The notes below the pieces were generated by a model. That model made no database searches. It was not told where the DNA came from and saw only the letters and a program-made list of their open reading frames with translations. Made by a program: the position numbers and the translations under genes. A stretch of DNA of 64,000 bases from an uncultured bacterium (GTDB lineage: Bacteria; Fidelibacterota; UBA2242; JAFGTP01): contig CAZXFH010000009.1 of assembly GCA_964640055.1 (NCBI GenBank), forward strand, positions 11,220-75,219, written 5' to 3'. Below are positions 1-8,257 of this stretch, one piece after another. Every line of letters begins with the position of its first letter. Within the stretch, counting starts at the first letter, position 1.

Positions 1-1
1 G

Positions 2-151
2 GATATTGACAGCCAAACCCTGGCTCTCAACCGCGAGCGACTGAACAATACCCGCCTGACCCATCTGGATGCGTTTATCAGTTATAAACTGATGATCGCG
101 GATCTTTCCCGCAAAACCTTTTACGATTATGAAAAAGATTTAGCCCTTTGA
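2..151 (+). CDS. 3' end of an unidentified CDS running off the window edge (…SYKLMIADLSRKTFYDYEKDLAL*)
   Basis: Open frame from position 2 to the TGA at 149-151. It is not in the ORF track because it is under 60 aa. I recognise no motif. Confidence 0.3.
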   Translation, partial: DIDSQTLALNRERLNNTRLTHLDAFISYKLMIADLSRKTFYDYEKDLAL

Positions 152-323
152 CGGCGGAACCGATTGAATTTTTGAAAAATTTTTTGGGTCTTTATATCCG
201 ATTAACCACCGGTTTGAACCGGAGGTATGTGAAATCATTTACTCCTGCAAGTTCTATTAAGGGCTTCCGATAAAAAGAAGTTCTTAAAGCCGTTCATCGG
301 TAGCCCTCTACCCCACTACTCAC

Positions 324-2837
324 CTAGAACTCAATGCGCGAGGCAAAACCGCGCTGAAAAAGCGGTCTGGATATTCTCCAGGGATATTCTGTATAGTGCA
401 TGGCCGGTTGCCAGTGCAGGTTTTCATCCTGAAAAATCTGCCACCCTCTGGCCTGCTCGGTTGTGGCCTGCCAGGTGGTATCGGATAAGATATGCCGAGT
501 ACTATCTCCCTGGAAATTCAGTTCCAGATAGACATTGGCGGCCGAGGGACGTCCGGGCTTGTAACCCTGCACAGCAACGGCCAGGTAGTTTTCTCCGGGT
601 TGTAGCTTCCGGCTGACCTCCCAGGCGCCCACCCGCTGATTTTCAACCCACAATGAGAGGGTCTTGGTCGCAATCACCCGGCCGGTTTCCCGGCCGTTAA
701 GGTAGAGAGTGGCATCTGAGTTACCAATCAATTGCAAGTAGGCCTTTTGCAAACCGGTTGTATCGGGAAGGTTGAATTTAGTGCGTAAATAAGCTGGCGA
801 AATCGGTTTCTCTGGTTCATAAGGTTGGGCGGCGATCCATAAAGCAGGAATCTCGGCCGGAATATTAAACTCCCGTTTTTTAATATAGACCAATGCCTCG
901 GCAAAGTAGGCCCGTTGATGCCGGAACAGATTGATCATGCGCGACAGATTGGCATCCCGATTGGTCCGGCGCCATAATTCCACATAGCGTTTCTCCATGC
1001 GGGTCAGGTCCCTGATCAAGGCCTCTGCTGTTCTGATCAATTCCTGCAGTGCTTTTTCAGAAAGTTGAGCGCCGGACTCATGCTCCCGGATCCAGGCTAT
1101 GCGGCGGGCAAAAGCCAGCTTGGCACCGGTAAAATTTCCGATTTGAGCGCCGAATTCGTAGTAATCCAGCTTGTCCTGGTTATAGTCCAGCGTCCCGCGG
1201 ATCTGAGCGATCAGTTGCTGGGCTTGGGTTGCATGTTGCCGCAACTGGGCGGCTTTGAACAGAATCTCGGCCGGGTGTTCTCTTTTTTCATAAAAGGGTT
1301 GCCGCCAGATTTTTTTATAATCGGTATAATGGGGCATTTCATCCAGATGCAGTAGCAGGGAGTGCAGCACCGGATCCTGCGTGCCCCAAAATTGTTGCAT
1401 AAAGCGCTGATTGATAGTGCTCCCGTCGGCGCCATCGGGATTCCAGGCGGTTTCAGCACCGTAAGCATAGCCCAGATAGTTCATCTCACGGAAATTGGGT
1501 CCCCCGTAATCGCCCCAATTAGAGGTAATAGAGCCCAGGGCACCCTGGCGGTATCCTTCGTAATTCAGATTTGAAATATTAATCCAGGCCCGGGTGTTAT
1601 TGGGCACCGGATTACGCCAGTTATAAATACCCGGTGACACCAGCACCTTAAAACCAGCCTCTTTAAACTTTTTTACCGAGGGATATTGATCCGTGGCATA
1701 ATAGTGCCAGTCGACAATGATAATATCTTTAGGGATCAAGTCCAGGATTTCAGGGTGGCGCAGAATGATATCGCCGTACATGAGCACTTCTTTGCCCATA
1801 TCACGTACTTTATTGTATACTTTTTGATAGTGGCGGGCATGCAGCTCGGCAGTGCCCAGCTCCTGAGCCGCGTCATAGGTAGCACCCAGCCCCACATCCC
1901 AGGATTCATCACAGCCGATATGAAAATAATTGGAGGAAAACATAGGAATCACCTCTTCCAGCAGATTGAACAAGAAACGATCGGCTTTTTTACTGAGCAC
2001 ATTCAAGGAAGCGGCGCCCGGGAAGTCAGCATACTGGCGATAGCCAGGCATATTCAAGATGTTTTCATAATGGCCCAGGGTTTGAAAAATGGGAATAATG
2101 GTAATGAAATACTGGTCAGCATATTGCTGCAGGGCTTTGATCTCGATCGCCGAGAGCCCCCCGCGGCCGGCACTGATATCAGGATATTTTTCTAGCTGCA
2201 CCAGATCTTCAAGATAAGGCATATAGATATTCATTTTATATTCTGCCAGATAACGGATGATGGCCTGGAAATTTTCCATGGTGGAGACCTGTCCCCGGCT
2301 GATGTCGTCGGATACACCGCGCCAGGCCAAGTCGGGATAATCTTTGATCAGCAGGCCGGGCAGGGTAATGGCCGGGTGGGATTTAACCAGCTGCACCAGG
2401 GTCATCAGACCGTTGAACAATCCGGCCGGAGTCTGGGCTACCAGTTGCACTTGCGACCCTGCAACCTGCAGAAGATATCCCTCTGCCTGCATTTCCGAGG
2501 TAAAGGAGCAGCCGAAATCGGCCTGGATGGCCGCACTGTCCTTATTGATTTCCAGGATAAAATTTGCTTTTTTTTCCGAATGGCGCGGCCTGATCAACAG
2601 CTCACGATCCCAGTACTTTCTACAGGCATTCCGCAGCTGTTTTAGTCCGGCAGGTACTGCTGCGGAGTCTGCAGAACTGATCTCCAGGGTAATGGACTGA
2701 CCCGTAAACGAGCAGCTGTCCGCTTTAAAAGTCACTTCCTGAGGCCGGGGTATTATGTCTAATTGGCGGGCCATACCCAAAGATAAAAATAACAAAATAA
2801 CACTTAATATAAAACCGATCAGTTTTGAAGTGCTCAT
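324..2837 (-). CDS. Secreted glycoside hydrolase family 20 beta-N-acetylhexosaminidase-like protein with a roughly 250-aa C-terminal extension
   Basis: N-terminal signal peptide (MSTSKLIGFILSVILLFLSLGMA). 'DYPDLAWRGVSDDISRGQV' fits the GH20 'D.PRF.YRG.MLDVSRHF' block, and 'HIGCDE' fits the GH20 catalytic H-x-G-G-D-E motif. Confidence 0.55.
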   Translation of the reverse strand: MSTSKLIGFILSVILLFLSLGMARQLDIIPRPQEVTFKADSCSFTGQSITLEISSADSAAVPAGLKQLRNACRKYWDRELLIRPRHSEKKANFILEINKDSAAIQADFGCSFTSEMQAEGYLLQVAGSQVQLVAQTPAGLFNGLMTLVQLVKSHPAITLPGLLIKDYPDLAWRGVSDDISRGQVSTMENFQAIIRYLAEYKMNIYMPYLEDLVQLEKYPDISAGRGGLSAIEIKALQQYADQYFITIIPIFQTLGHYENILNMPGYRQYADFPGAASLNVLSKKADRFLFNLLEEVIPMFSSNYFHIGCDESWDVGLGATYDAAQELGTAELHARHYQKVYNKVRDMGKEVLMYGDIILRHPEILDLIPKDIIIVDWHYYATDQYPSVKKFKEAGFKVLVSPGIYNWRNPVPNNTRAWINISNLNYEGYRQGALGSITSNWGDYGGPNFREMNYLGYAYGAETAWNPDGADGSTINQRFMQQFWGTQDPVLHSLLLHLDEMPHYTDYKKIWRQPFYEKREHPAEILFKAAQLRQHATQAQQLIAQIRGTLDYNQDKLDYYEFGAQIGNFTGAKLAFARRIAWIREHESGAQLSEKALQELIRTAEALIRDLTRMEKRYVELWRRTNRDANLSRMINLFRHQRAYFAEALVYIKKREFNIPAEIPALWIAAQPYEPEKPISPAYLRTKFNLPDTTGLQKAYLQLIGNSDATLYLNGRETGRVIATKTLSLWVENQRVGAWEVSRKLQPGENYLAVAVQGYKPGRPSAANVYLELNFQGDSTRHILSDTTWQATTEQARGWQIFQDENLHWQPAMHYTEYPWRISRPLFQRGFASRIEF

Positions 2838-2989
2838 GCTTGCCTCCCCTTCATTGCCGATATACTTTCTATCTTTTGTGCTGCGTTATTAGCGGCGTTC
2901 AGATAATCACTCCCGCCCTGCCGCTGGACAATCAGCGTAAATTAAGTTGTTTAACTTGATAGGGATGGGATAACGATTGGCTAGCCGCT

Positions 2990-3304
2990 TTATTCTTTTA
3001 GTTTATCTTTAAGCTTTTTTTGCCACTCTTTGCTGGTTTTTTGCTTGGCTTTCTCCAGTTCCGTCTTGCCCTTTTCCAGGATTTTATCGGTTACCTCTTC
3101 GGTTTTGCTTCTGAGTTGTTCGATAATCTTGGGATTCTGGGAACGCTTATAGGTCAGTCCGAACAATATGGCCAGAACAACCAGCACGACCAGCGCAATT
3201 TTAAGCAGTTTTTTAAAGAGAGTTACCACCAGTAACAGGATCACCAGAACCAATACCAGAGCGATGGCTGGATTGGCTGCCAGGTAGTCAATCCAATAAT
3301 CCAT
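2990..3304 (-). CDS. Small two-TM membrane protein with a Lys/Glu-rich tail
   Basis: Two hydrophobic helices followed by a KE-rich low-complexity C-terminus. Lies immediately downstream of the PadR regulator. Confidence 0.4.
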   Translation of the reverse strand: MDYWIDYLAANPAIALVLVLVILLLVVTLFKKLLKIALVVLVVLAILFGLTYKRSQNPKIIEQLRSKTEEVTDKILEKGKTELEKAKQKTSKEWQKKLKDKLKE

Positions 3305-3321
3305 TTTATTTTCTCCCTATG

Positions 3322-3849
3322 TTATAACAGATTGATTAATTCTTTTATCCAACGCCGTTCGGCCTGCCAGAGGGTTAGCGGGCGGTTCAACAGAGCTCTT
3401 ACAACGGGATCATCGGTGCGCAGGTGAGTAATTTCATTCACTTTGGTTTTGATCAGTCGGTTTAACTCCGCTTCATAGATGCTCAGCGTTTCTTTTAATT
3501 CAGGCTTGGACAGCAGTTGTGCAAAGTAGAGGCTGATTTCAAAATAACTGGGTAATTTTTCCGGGCTGGTCAGCGATTTTTTTAATTGCTCCCTTAAGCG
3601 GCGGCGGCCTTTTACAGTAATATCATAGACCCGCCGGCCGGGCAGATTTTCCTGCGGTGCAAAAAAACTCTCCACCAGCTTTTTCTTTTCCAGCTTTTTC
3701 AGAGTGGAGTAGATAGTCGAAAAACCGATGTCCAGGCGTTTACGAATCCCGCGGGCCTCAATAATTTTTTCGATCTGATAGGCGTGGTTGGGGGCTTCTG
3801 ATACAATACCCAAGAGTGTGATTTCAAGTAAAGTCATAGAATTACTCAC
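3322..3849 (-). CDS. PadR-family transcriptional regulator
   Basis: Winged-helix region 'LLGIVSEAPNHAYQIEKIIEARGIRKRLDIGFSTIYSTLKKLEKKKLVE' is typical of PadR; length is about 175 aa. Confidence 0.7.
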   Translation of the reverse strand: MSNSMTLLEITLLGIVSEAPNHAYQIEKIIEARGIRKRLDIGFSTIYSTLKKLEKKKLVESFFAPQENLPGRRVYDITVKGRRRLREQLKKSLTSPEKLPSYFEISLYFAQLLSKPELKETLSIYEAELNRLIKTKVNEITHLRTDDPVVRALLNRPLTLWQAERRWIKELINLL

Positions 3850-3943
3850 ATCGCTAGCTGAATTGCATAACCTTCATTACTTGTTATTTTAACGAATTCT
3901 CTTTTGAAAAGCAAAGCAGATACATGGTGTGATTATAGGAACC

Positions 3944-4681
3944 CTATTCTGTTTTAAACAGCGCATCGTCCAGGCCTTGATTGATCGCGAAAGCTTGAAA
4001 TGTGATCCTGATTTGACCGTGCAGTTGTTCTTTTTCAAAGCGGCCCTGAAAATTAAATTTGCCAAAAGGATTATGGATGCTGGGGCGCTCAATATCAGGG
4101 ATACCTTTTTCAAAATAGACCTGCAGCAGCGTGGTATCCGGAACCCAGATACCCTGATGGTTTTGATAGCTGAATTGCATTTCAGATTGCAGTTTATTAT
4201 CCTGCGTAGCAGTAATGCGCAGAATCAGCCATTGATAGCGGTCAACCCACATGGTCAGTTCGGCAGGATGTTCCCGGTCTGGTATGGGAATGACGATTAC
4301 ATGACAAGTGATGCCCTGCCACTCTGCCAGCTCCTTATAATAAGCAGTCAGGCTATCGGGATAGAACTGGGTGGGATCAGGTAAAAAGCCTTTTTTGGGA
4401 ATGATGGCAAACCCACGGCTCTGGGCTTTGAATTTATCGGGGCGCTTATAAAAAAACTTGATATTCTTAGCCGGCATGCGCAGGTTAGGTATATCAACTT
4501 CTATTCTGGCTTCTACGCTGTAATCCTGGATTTTATCAAAATGTTGTTCTGTCTTGCTGATAATACTGTCGGGAAGTGGCGTCTCCTGACCCGGAAGAGG
4601 ATCGGCCACCCACAAGGCCAGTATCAGGCTGAGCAGGGCAATTTTACACATTTTTTGTCCCGGGGCTCTGTTTAAGTACAT
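3944..4681 (-). CDS. Secreted protein or lipoprotein (LolA-like fold possible), last gene of the ABC transporter operon
   Basis: Signal peptide 'MCKIALLSLILALWVADPL'. Overlaps the permease gene by 10 nt. No catalytic motif. Confidence 0.35.
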   Translation of the reverse strand: MYLNRAPGQKMCKIALLSLILALWVADPLPGQETPLPDSIISKTEQHFDKIQDYSVEARIEVDIPNLRMPAKNIKFFYKRPDKFKAQSRGFAIIPKKGFLPDPTQFYPDSLTAYYKELAEWQGITCHVIVIPIPDREHPAELTMWVDRYQWLILRITATQDNKLQSEMQFSYQNHQGIWVPDTTLLQVYFEKGIPDIERPSIHNPFGKFNFQGRFEKEQLHGQIRITFQAFAINQGLDDALFKTE

Positions 4682-5517
4682 ATGTCTTTGCGGATAAAAC
4701 TGATGACACTTAAAAGATAAAACAGTCCGATAAATATCCCCAGATGTAACACATCGGAAAAGATCTCTTGCCAGGGTATCGGATCGGCAAAAGGCGCAAA
4801 AAAGACGTCAAAATAGGAAGTAAACAGATAGGGGCGGATGACTGCGAGAGCGTCGATCTGTAAGACCGAGAGGATGATCGAAACCACAATCACGGCATAG
4901 GTTCCAATGATCGGGCCCACGGAATTTTCCGAAAGTGTGGAGAATAAAAAGGCCAGGGAAGCCACCACTGTTTGAACCCAGATCGCCAGGGCGTAGGCCA
5001 GGGCAAAACGCTGCAGAGCCTCTGGTTCGGACAGGATCAGAATCCCCTTGTCAAATACAAACAGGTCACCGCCCCCGACAATCAGACGACCAATACCCAG
5101 GCTGCACACCCCCAGAAAGAGTACAATCAGGCCGGTATAAATAAAAGTGGCCAGGTATTTGGCGGTGATGACCTGAAAACGGGAAATCGGACGACTTAAA
5201 AGGATCCGGAAAGTACCGGCCGAGGCTTCGGAAGCCACTATGTCACCCGCCACCAGCACAATGAAAAAGGGGAAATGAACCCAGAGCACCGTCATCAGAT
5301 AGTAGGAGATCAGATATCCATTGACCAGTGAGCCTACAAAGGCAAAGGAGTTTTGCAGGGATTCAAAGGCGCTGTTCTGAATGTCGAAACCATACTTGCG
5401 CACCAAGAACATGATCAGCGGGATCAGGATCAGGATGGTACCAAACCCGATATAAGTGCGCAATTTGCTAAACACTTTAATTACTTCCAGACGTATGGCT
5501 TTTATCAGCAGGATCAT
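4672..5517 (-). CDS. ABC-2 family transporter permease
   Basis: Six predicted TM helices. Immediately downstream of, and 4 nt from, the ABC ATPase gene. Confidence 0.6.
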   Translation of the reverse strand: MILLIKAIRLEVIKVFSKLRTYIGFGTILILIPLIMFLVRKYGFDIQNSAFESLQNSFAFVGSLVNGYLISYYLMTVLWVHFPFFIVLVAGDIVASEASAGTFRILLSRPISRFQVITAKYLATFIYTGLIVLFLGVCSLGIGRLIVGGGDLFVFDKGILILSEPEALQRFALAYALAIWVQTVVASLAFLFSTLSENSVGPIIGTYAVIVVSIILSVLQIDALAVIRPYLFTSYFDVFFAPFADPIPWQEIFSDVLHLGIFIGLFYLLSVISFIRKDICT

Positions 5518-5520
5518 AGC

Positions 5521-6510
5521 TTATTCTTGATGACGCCTTTCAATCAGGGTTAGATAATAATCTTCTAGAGAGGTCCGCGGGATAACCGAGTAGATCTGCA
5601 AGCCTTCGCCAATTAGATAAGAGATCAAACGCGGACGATCCTGGAGGGCGACCTGTACTTTTAATATGTCTTCGGAGACGGACATTTCACGGGCCCATTT
5701 TTTAGGCAGCAACAGCTGCATGGCTTGATGGGGATCATTGACTTTGATCTCTGTGATTGAAAAATTGGTTTCCTGGAGCAGGTCTTTGACAGCACCCTGG
5801 GTGATCAGCTTGCCATAATCGATGATAGCCATATGGCTGCAGACCTGTTCCACTTCATGCAGCAGATGAGAAGAAAGAAAGATTGTAATTCCCTTTTCTT
5901 CGGCCAGGGCTTTGATTAATTCGCGGATTTCCTTAATTCCTTCCGGATCCAGTCCGGAGGTGGGTTCATCCAGAATTACCAATTCCGGTTGGTGCAGAAT
6001 GGCCTGAGCAATCCCCAGCCGCTGGCGCATCCCATGGGAATAGTTCTTCACTTTTTCTTTTTCACGGCCTTTCAATTCCACGATCTCGAGCACTTCTTCG
6101 ATCCGCTGTTTGCTCACACCCCCGGAGAGTTCTCCTAAAATTTGCAGGTTCCGCTTACCGGAGATATACAGGTAAAAGTTGGGCTCCTCGACCAAGGCGC
6201 CGATTTTACGATAAACCGCTTTGCCGGATTTAAGCGGATTTTTACCAAAAAGTTCGAAATGACCGGTGTTGGGGGTCAGTAGGCTGAGTAACATTCGGAT
6301 GGTGGTACTTTTACCTGCGCCGTTGGGTCCCAGAAAACCGAAAATCTGTCCCTGGGCAACCTGCAGGTTTAATTGCGAGACAGCCCACCGCTGATGAAAT
6401 CGTTTGCTTAATTGTTGAGTCCGGATAATTACGTTATCACTCATGATCGCCGCATAAAATTTAATTGTAGCAGGACCTATTAACAAGCAAAGATTCTCTC
6501 TTTTTATCAA
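5521..6510 (-). CDS. ABC transporter ATP-binding protein
   Basis: Walker A 'GPNGAGKST', Q-loop, signature-like 'YSHGMRQRLGIAQA', Walker B 'LVILDEPTSGLD'. Confidence 0.85.
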   Translation of the reverse strand: MIKRENLCLLIGPATIKFYAAIMSDNVIIRTQQLSKRFHQRWAVSQLNLQVAQGQIFGFLGPNGAGKSTTIRMLLSLLTPNTGHFELFGKNPLKSGKAVYRKIGALVEEPNFYLYISGKRNLQILGELSGGVSKQRIEEVLEIVELKGREKEKVKNYSHGMRQRLGIAQAILHQPELVILDEPTSGLDPEGIKEIRELIKALAEEKGITIFLSSHLLHEVEQVCSHMAIIDYGKLITQGAVKDLLQETNFSITEIKVNDPHQAMQLLLPKKWAREMSVSEDILKVQVALQDRPRLISYLIGEGLQIYSVIPRTSLEDYYLTLIERRHQE

Positions 6511-6555
6511 GTTGAATAATCAGGTCCGATATATTAATTTTAAGGGAGGTTATAA

Positions 6556-7431
6556 ATGGGTGGAAGCCACAGAATGTGCCTGAAAAGACATGCATTGTCC
6601 CGTTATCTCTGGATTGCTACAGTGCTGAGTAGCACTTTGGCCGCGGGATCCTTGAAAAACATCCTTTTGGGCGGAAATATCGTCTATAATCATCATATGG
6701 CTTTGAGCCAGACGGATAACGGCTTTCCCATGCAAGCCGGTTTTCCGGTCTTTCGCTCTGATGCACTGGCGTTGGAAGCCCGTTTAATCCTGCAGACAAA
6801 AACCACTCAGCATCGGTTTTCTGTGGATTTGCAACCCCGTGGTCCCTTGTCATCCAGTAATGGTCGCGGTTTGGATTTATTGCTGACCGACCGATCCGAT
6901 CATTTTCGGTTGCGAGCCGGCTATGGCCTTCGTAAGCGGCTGTTCCGTATACAGCGGTTGTCTTTGGCACACGGTATTCATCTGGCGCTGTTGTATGCAG
7001 ACCGCCAGTTGGAGTACAATTCCGGTCAGATCCATTCCAAGCAAGACCTGAATATCGGACTGGGACCGGTGATTAGCTTAAGATATCCGCTTAACATGAG
7101 GCTGATTTTACACCTGCAGTTCAAGAGTTTGTTCTATTTACCCCAGCTGAGCTGCGGACAATTGTACTATGTGGATGCCAGTGGAGCCACTTTTTATAAC
7201 ACCGAGTTCCGTCCTTTTACTTATGCTGATGAACTGACGGTCACCCTGCAGTTCCCCTTGTATGCCGGCCGTGCGCTGGTATTGGGATACCGGCAGACTG
7301 ACTTTTTGGGCTTTGCCCGTTCCGTGCCACCCTATTTTAGCATGTCGGGGGCGGTCAGCTATCGCTCGGAAAGCAACCGGGCCTTCTTTATCGGAATGAT
7401 TTTCGGGTTAAGGAAAGACCGGAATGAATAA
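6556..7431 (+). CDS. Putative outer-membrane beta-barrel protein
   Basis: Good RBS (AAGGGAGG) 7 nt upstream. Long positively charged n-region plus hydrophobic h-region. Alternating hydrophobic/aromatic pattern and a C-terminal aromatic-rich segment. Confidence 0.35.
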   Translation: MGGSHRMCLKRHALSRYLWIATVLSSTLAAGSLKNILLGGNIVYNHHMALSQTDNGFPMQAGFPVFRSDALALEARLILQTKTTQHRFSVDLQPRGPLSSSNGRGLDLLLTDRSDHFRLRAGYGLRKRLFRIQRLSLAHGIHLALLYADRQLEYNSGQIHSKQDLNIGLGPVISLRYPLNMRLILHLQFKSLFYLPQLSCGQLYYVDASGATFYNTEFRPFTYADELTVTLQFPLYAGRALVLGYRQTDFLGFARSVPPYFSMSGAVSYRSESNRAFFIGMIFGLRKDRNE

Positions 7432-8245
7432 GTGCCATTATCTCACGATTTATCTGCTTTCATTATTTTGCTTCGGATGCACGGAATTCATCTCCAGTGT
7501 TGATCTGGATAGCGATTGGGAAATCAAACAGATGCACAATATTGTGCTGCATTACCGCCCGGAAAATCACACTCAACAAACCTCACCCAACATAGAACAG
7601 GTTCATGATATATTATCTAATCAGAACCGTTATTACCAGGAAATAAAAGACACACTGAATCTGGATTTCGCGGGCACAGTGCTGATTTATTTGTACAATA
7701 AGGATGAGGCCCGGCAGAAAATAGGTACCGCCGGTGGCGGTCATACCGTCACTGAATTTCAAACTATCTATTATACCTGGTTTGGGTTTTCCTTTCAGGA
7801 TATAGATGGCACCCCAACTTTTATGGGGCGGCACGAACTGGTTCATATTTTAACCCATCAGGCTTTAGGTAAACCTGGCACCCAGCTGATGAGCGAAGGC
7901 TATGCCGTGGCTTTAGCCGGTGGCTATGGAATCTACCAGCGCAGTGATAGCAGTTTAGCCTGCAAAACCCTAGAGATGTGGCTGACGGATTACTGGCAGA
8001 CCGAGGACTGGCTGACACCGCAGGATTTGCTGGAGAAAAAAGATCGGCCGGAAAAGAGCTATTATCCCCAAGCCGGCTGGTTGATAAAATTCCTCCTGAA
8101 TGAATATGGTGCGCTTGTGATTAACCAGCTCTTTACCACACCCAGGGAGGAATTCAAAAAGGAGCTTGAGAAAGTAACCGGGGATTCCTTTAAGGCCATG
8201 AGCAGTGCTTATCAATTATACTCTCATTCATGTTTATCTAATTAA
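7424..8245 (+). CDS. Lipoprotein with an HExxH motif (putative zinc-metallopeptidase-like)
   Basis: Lipobox-like 'LSLFCFGC'. 'RHELVHILTHQ' contains HExxH. The start overlaps the upstream stop (ATGAATAA), suggesting translational coupling. Confidence 0.4.
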   Translation: MNKCHYLTIYLLSLFCFGCTEFISSVDLDSDWEIKQMHNIVLHYRPENHTQQTSPNIEQVHDILSNQNRYYQEIKDTLNLDFAGTVLIYLYNKDEARQKIGTAGGGHTVTEFQTIYYTWFGFSFQDIDGTPTFMGRHELVHILTHQALGKPGTQLMSEGYAVALAGGYGIYQRSDSSLACKTLEMWLTDYWQTEDWLTPQDLLEKKDRPEKSYYPQAGWLIKFLLNEYGALVINQLFTTPREEFKKELEKVTGDSFKAMSSAYQLYSHSCLSN

Positions 8246-8257
8246 ACCCGCTCCATT

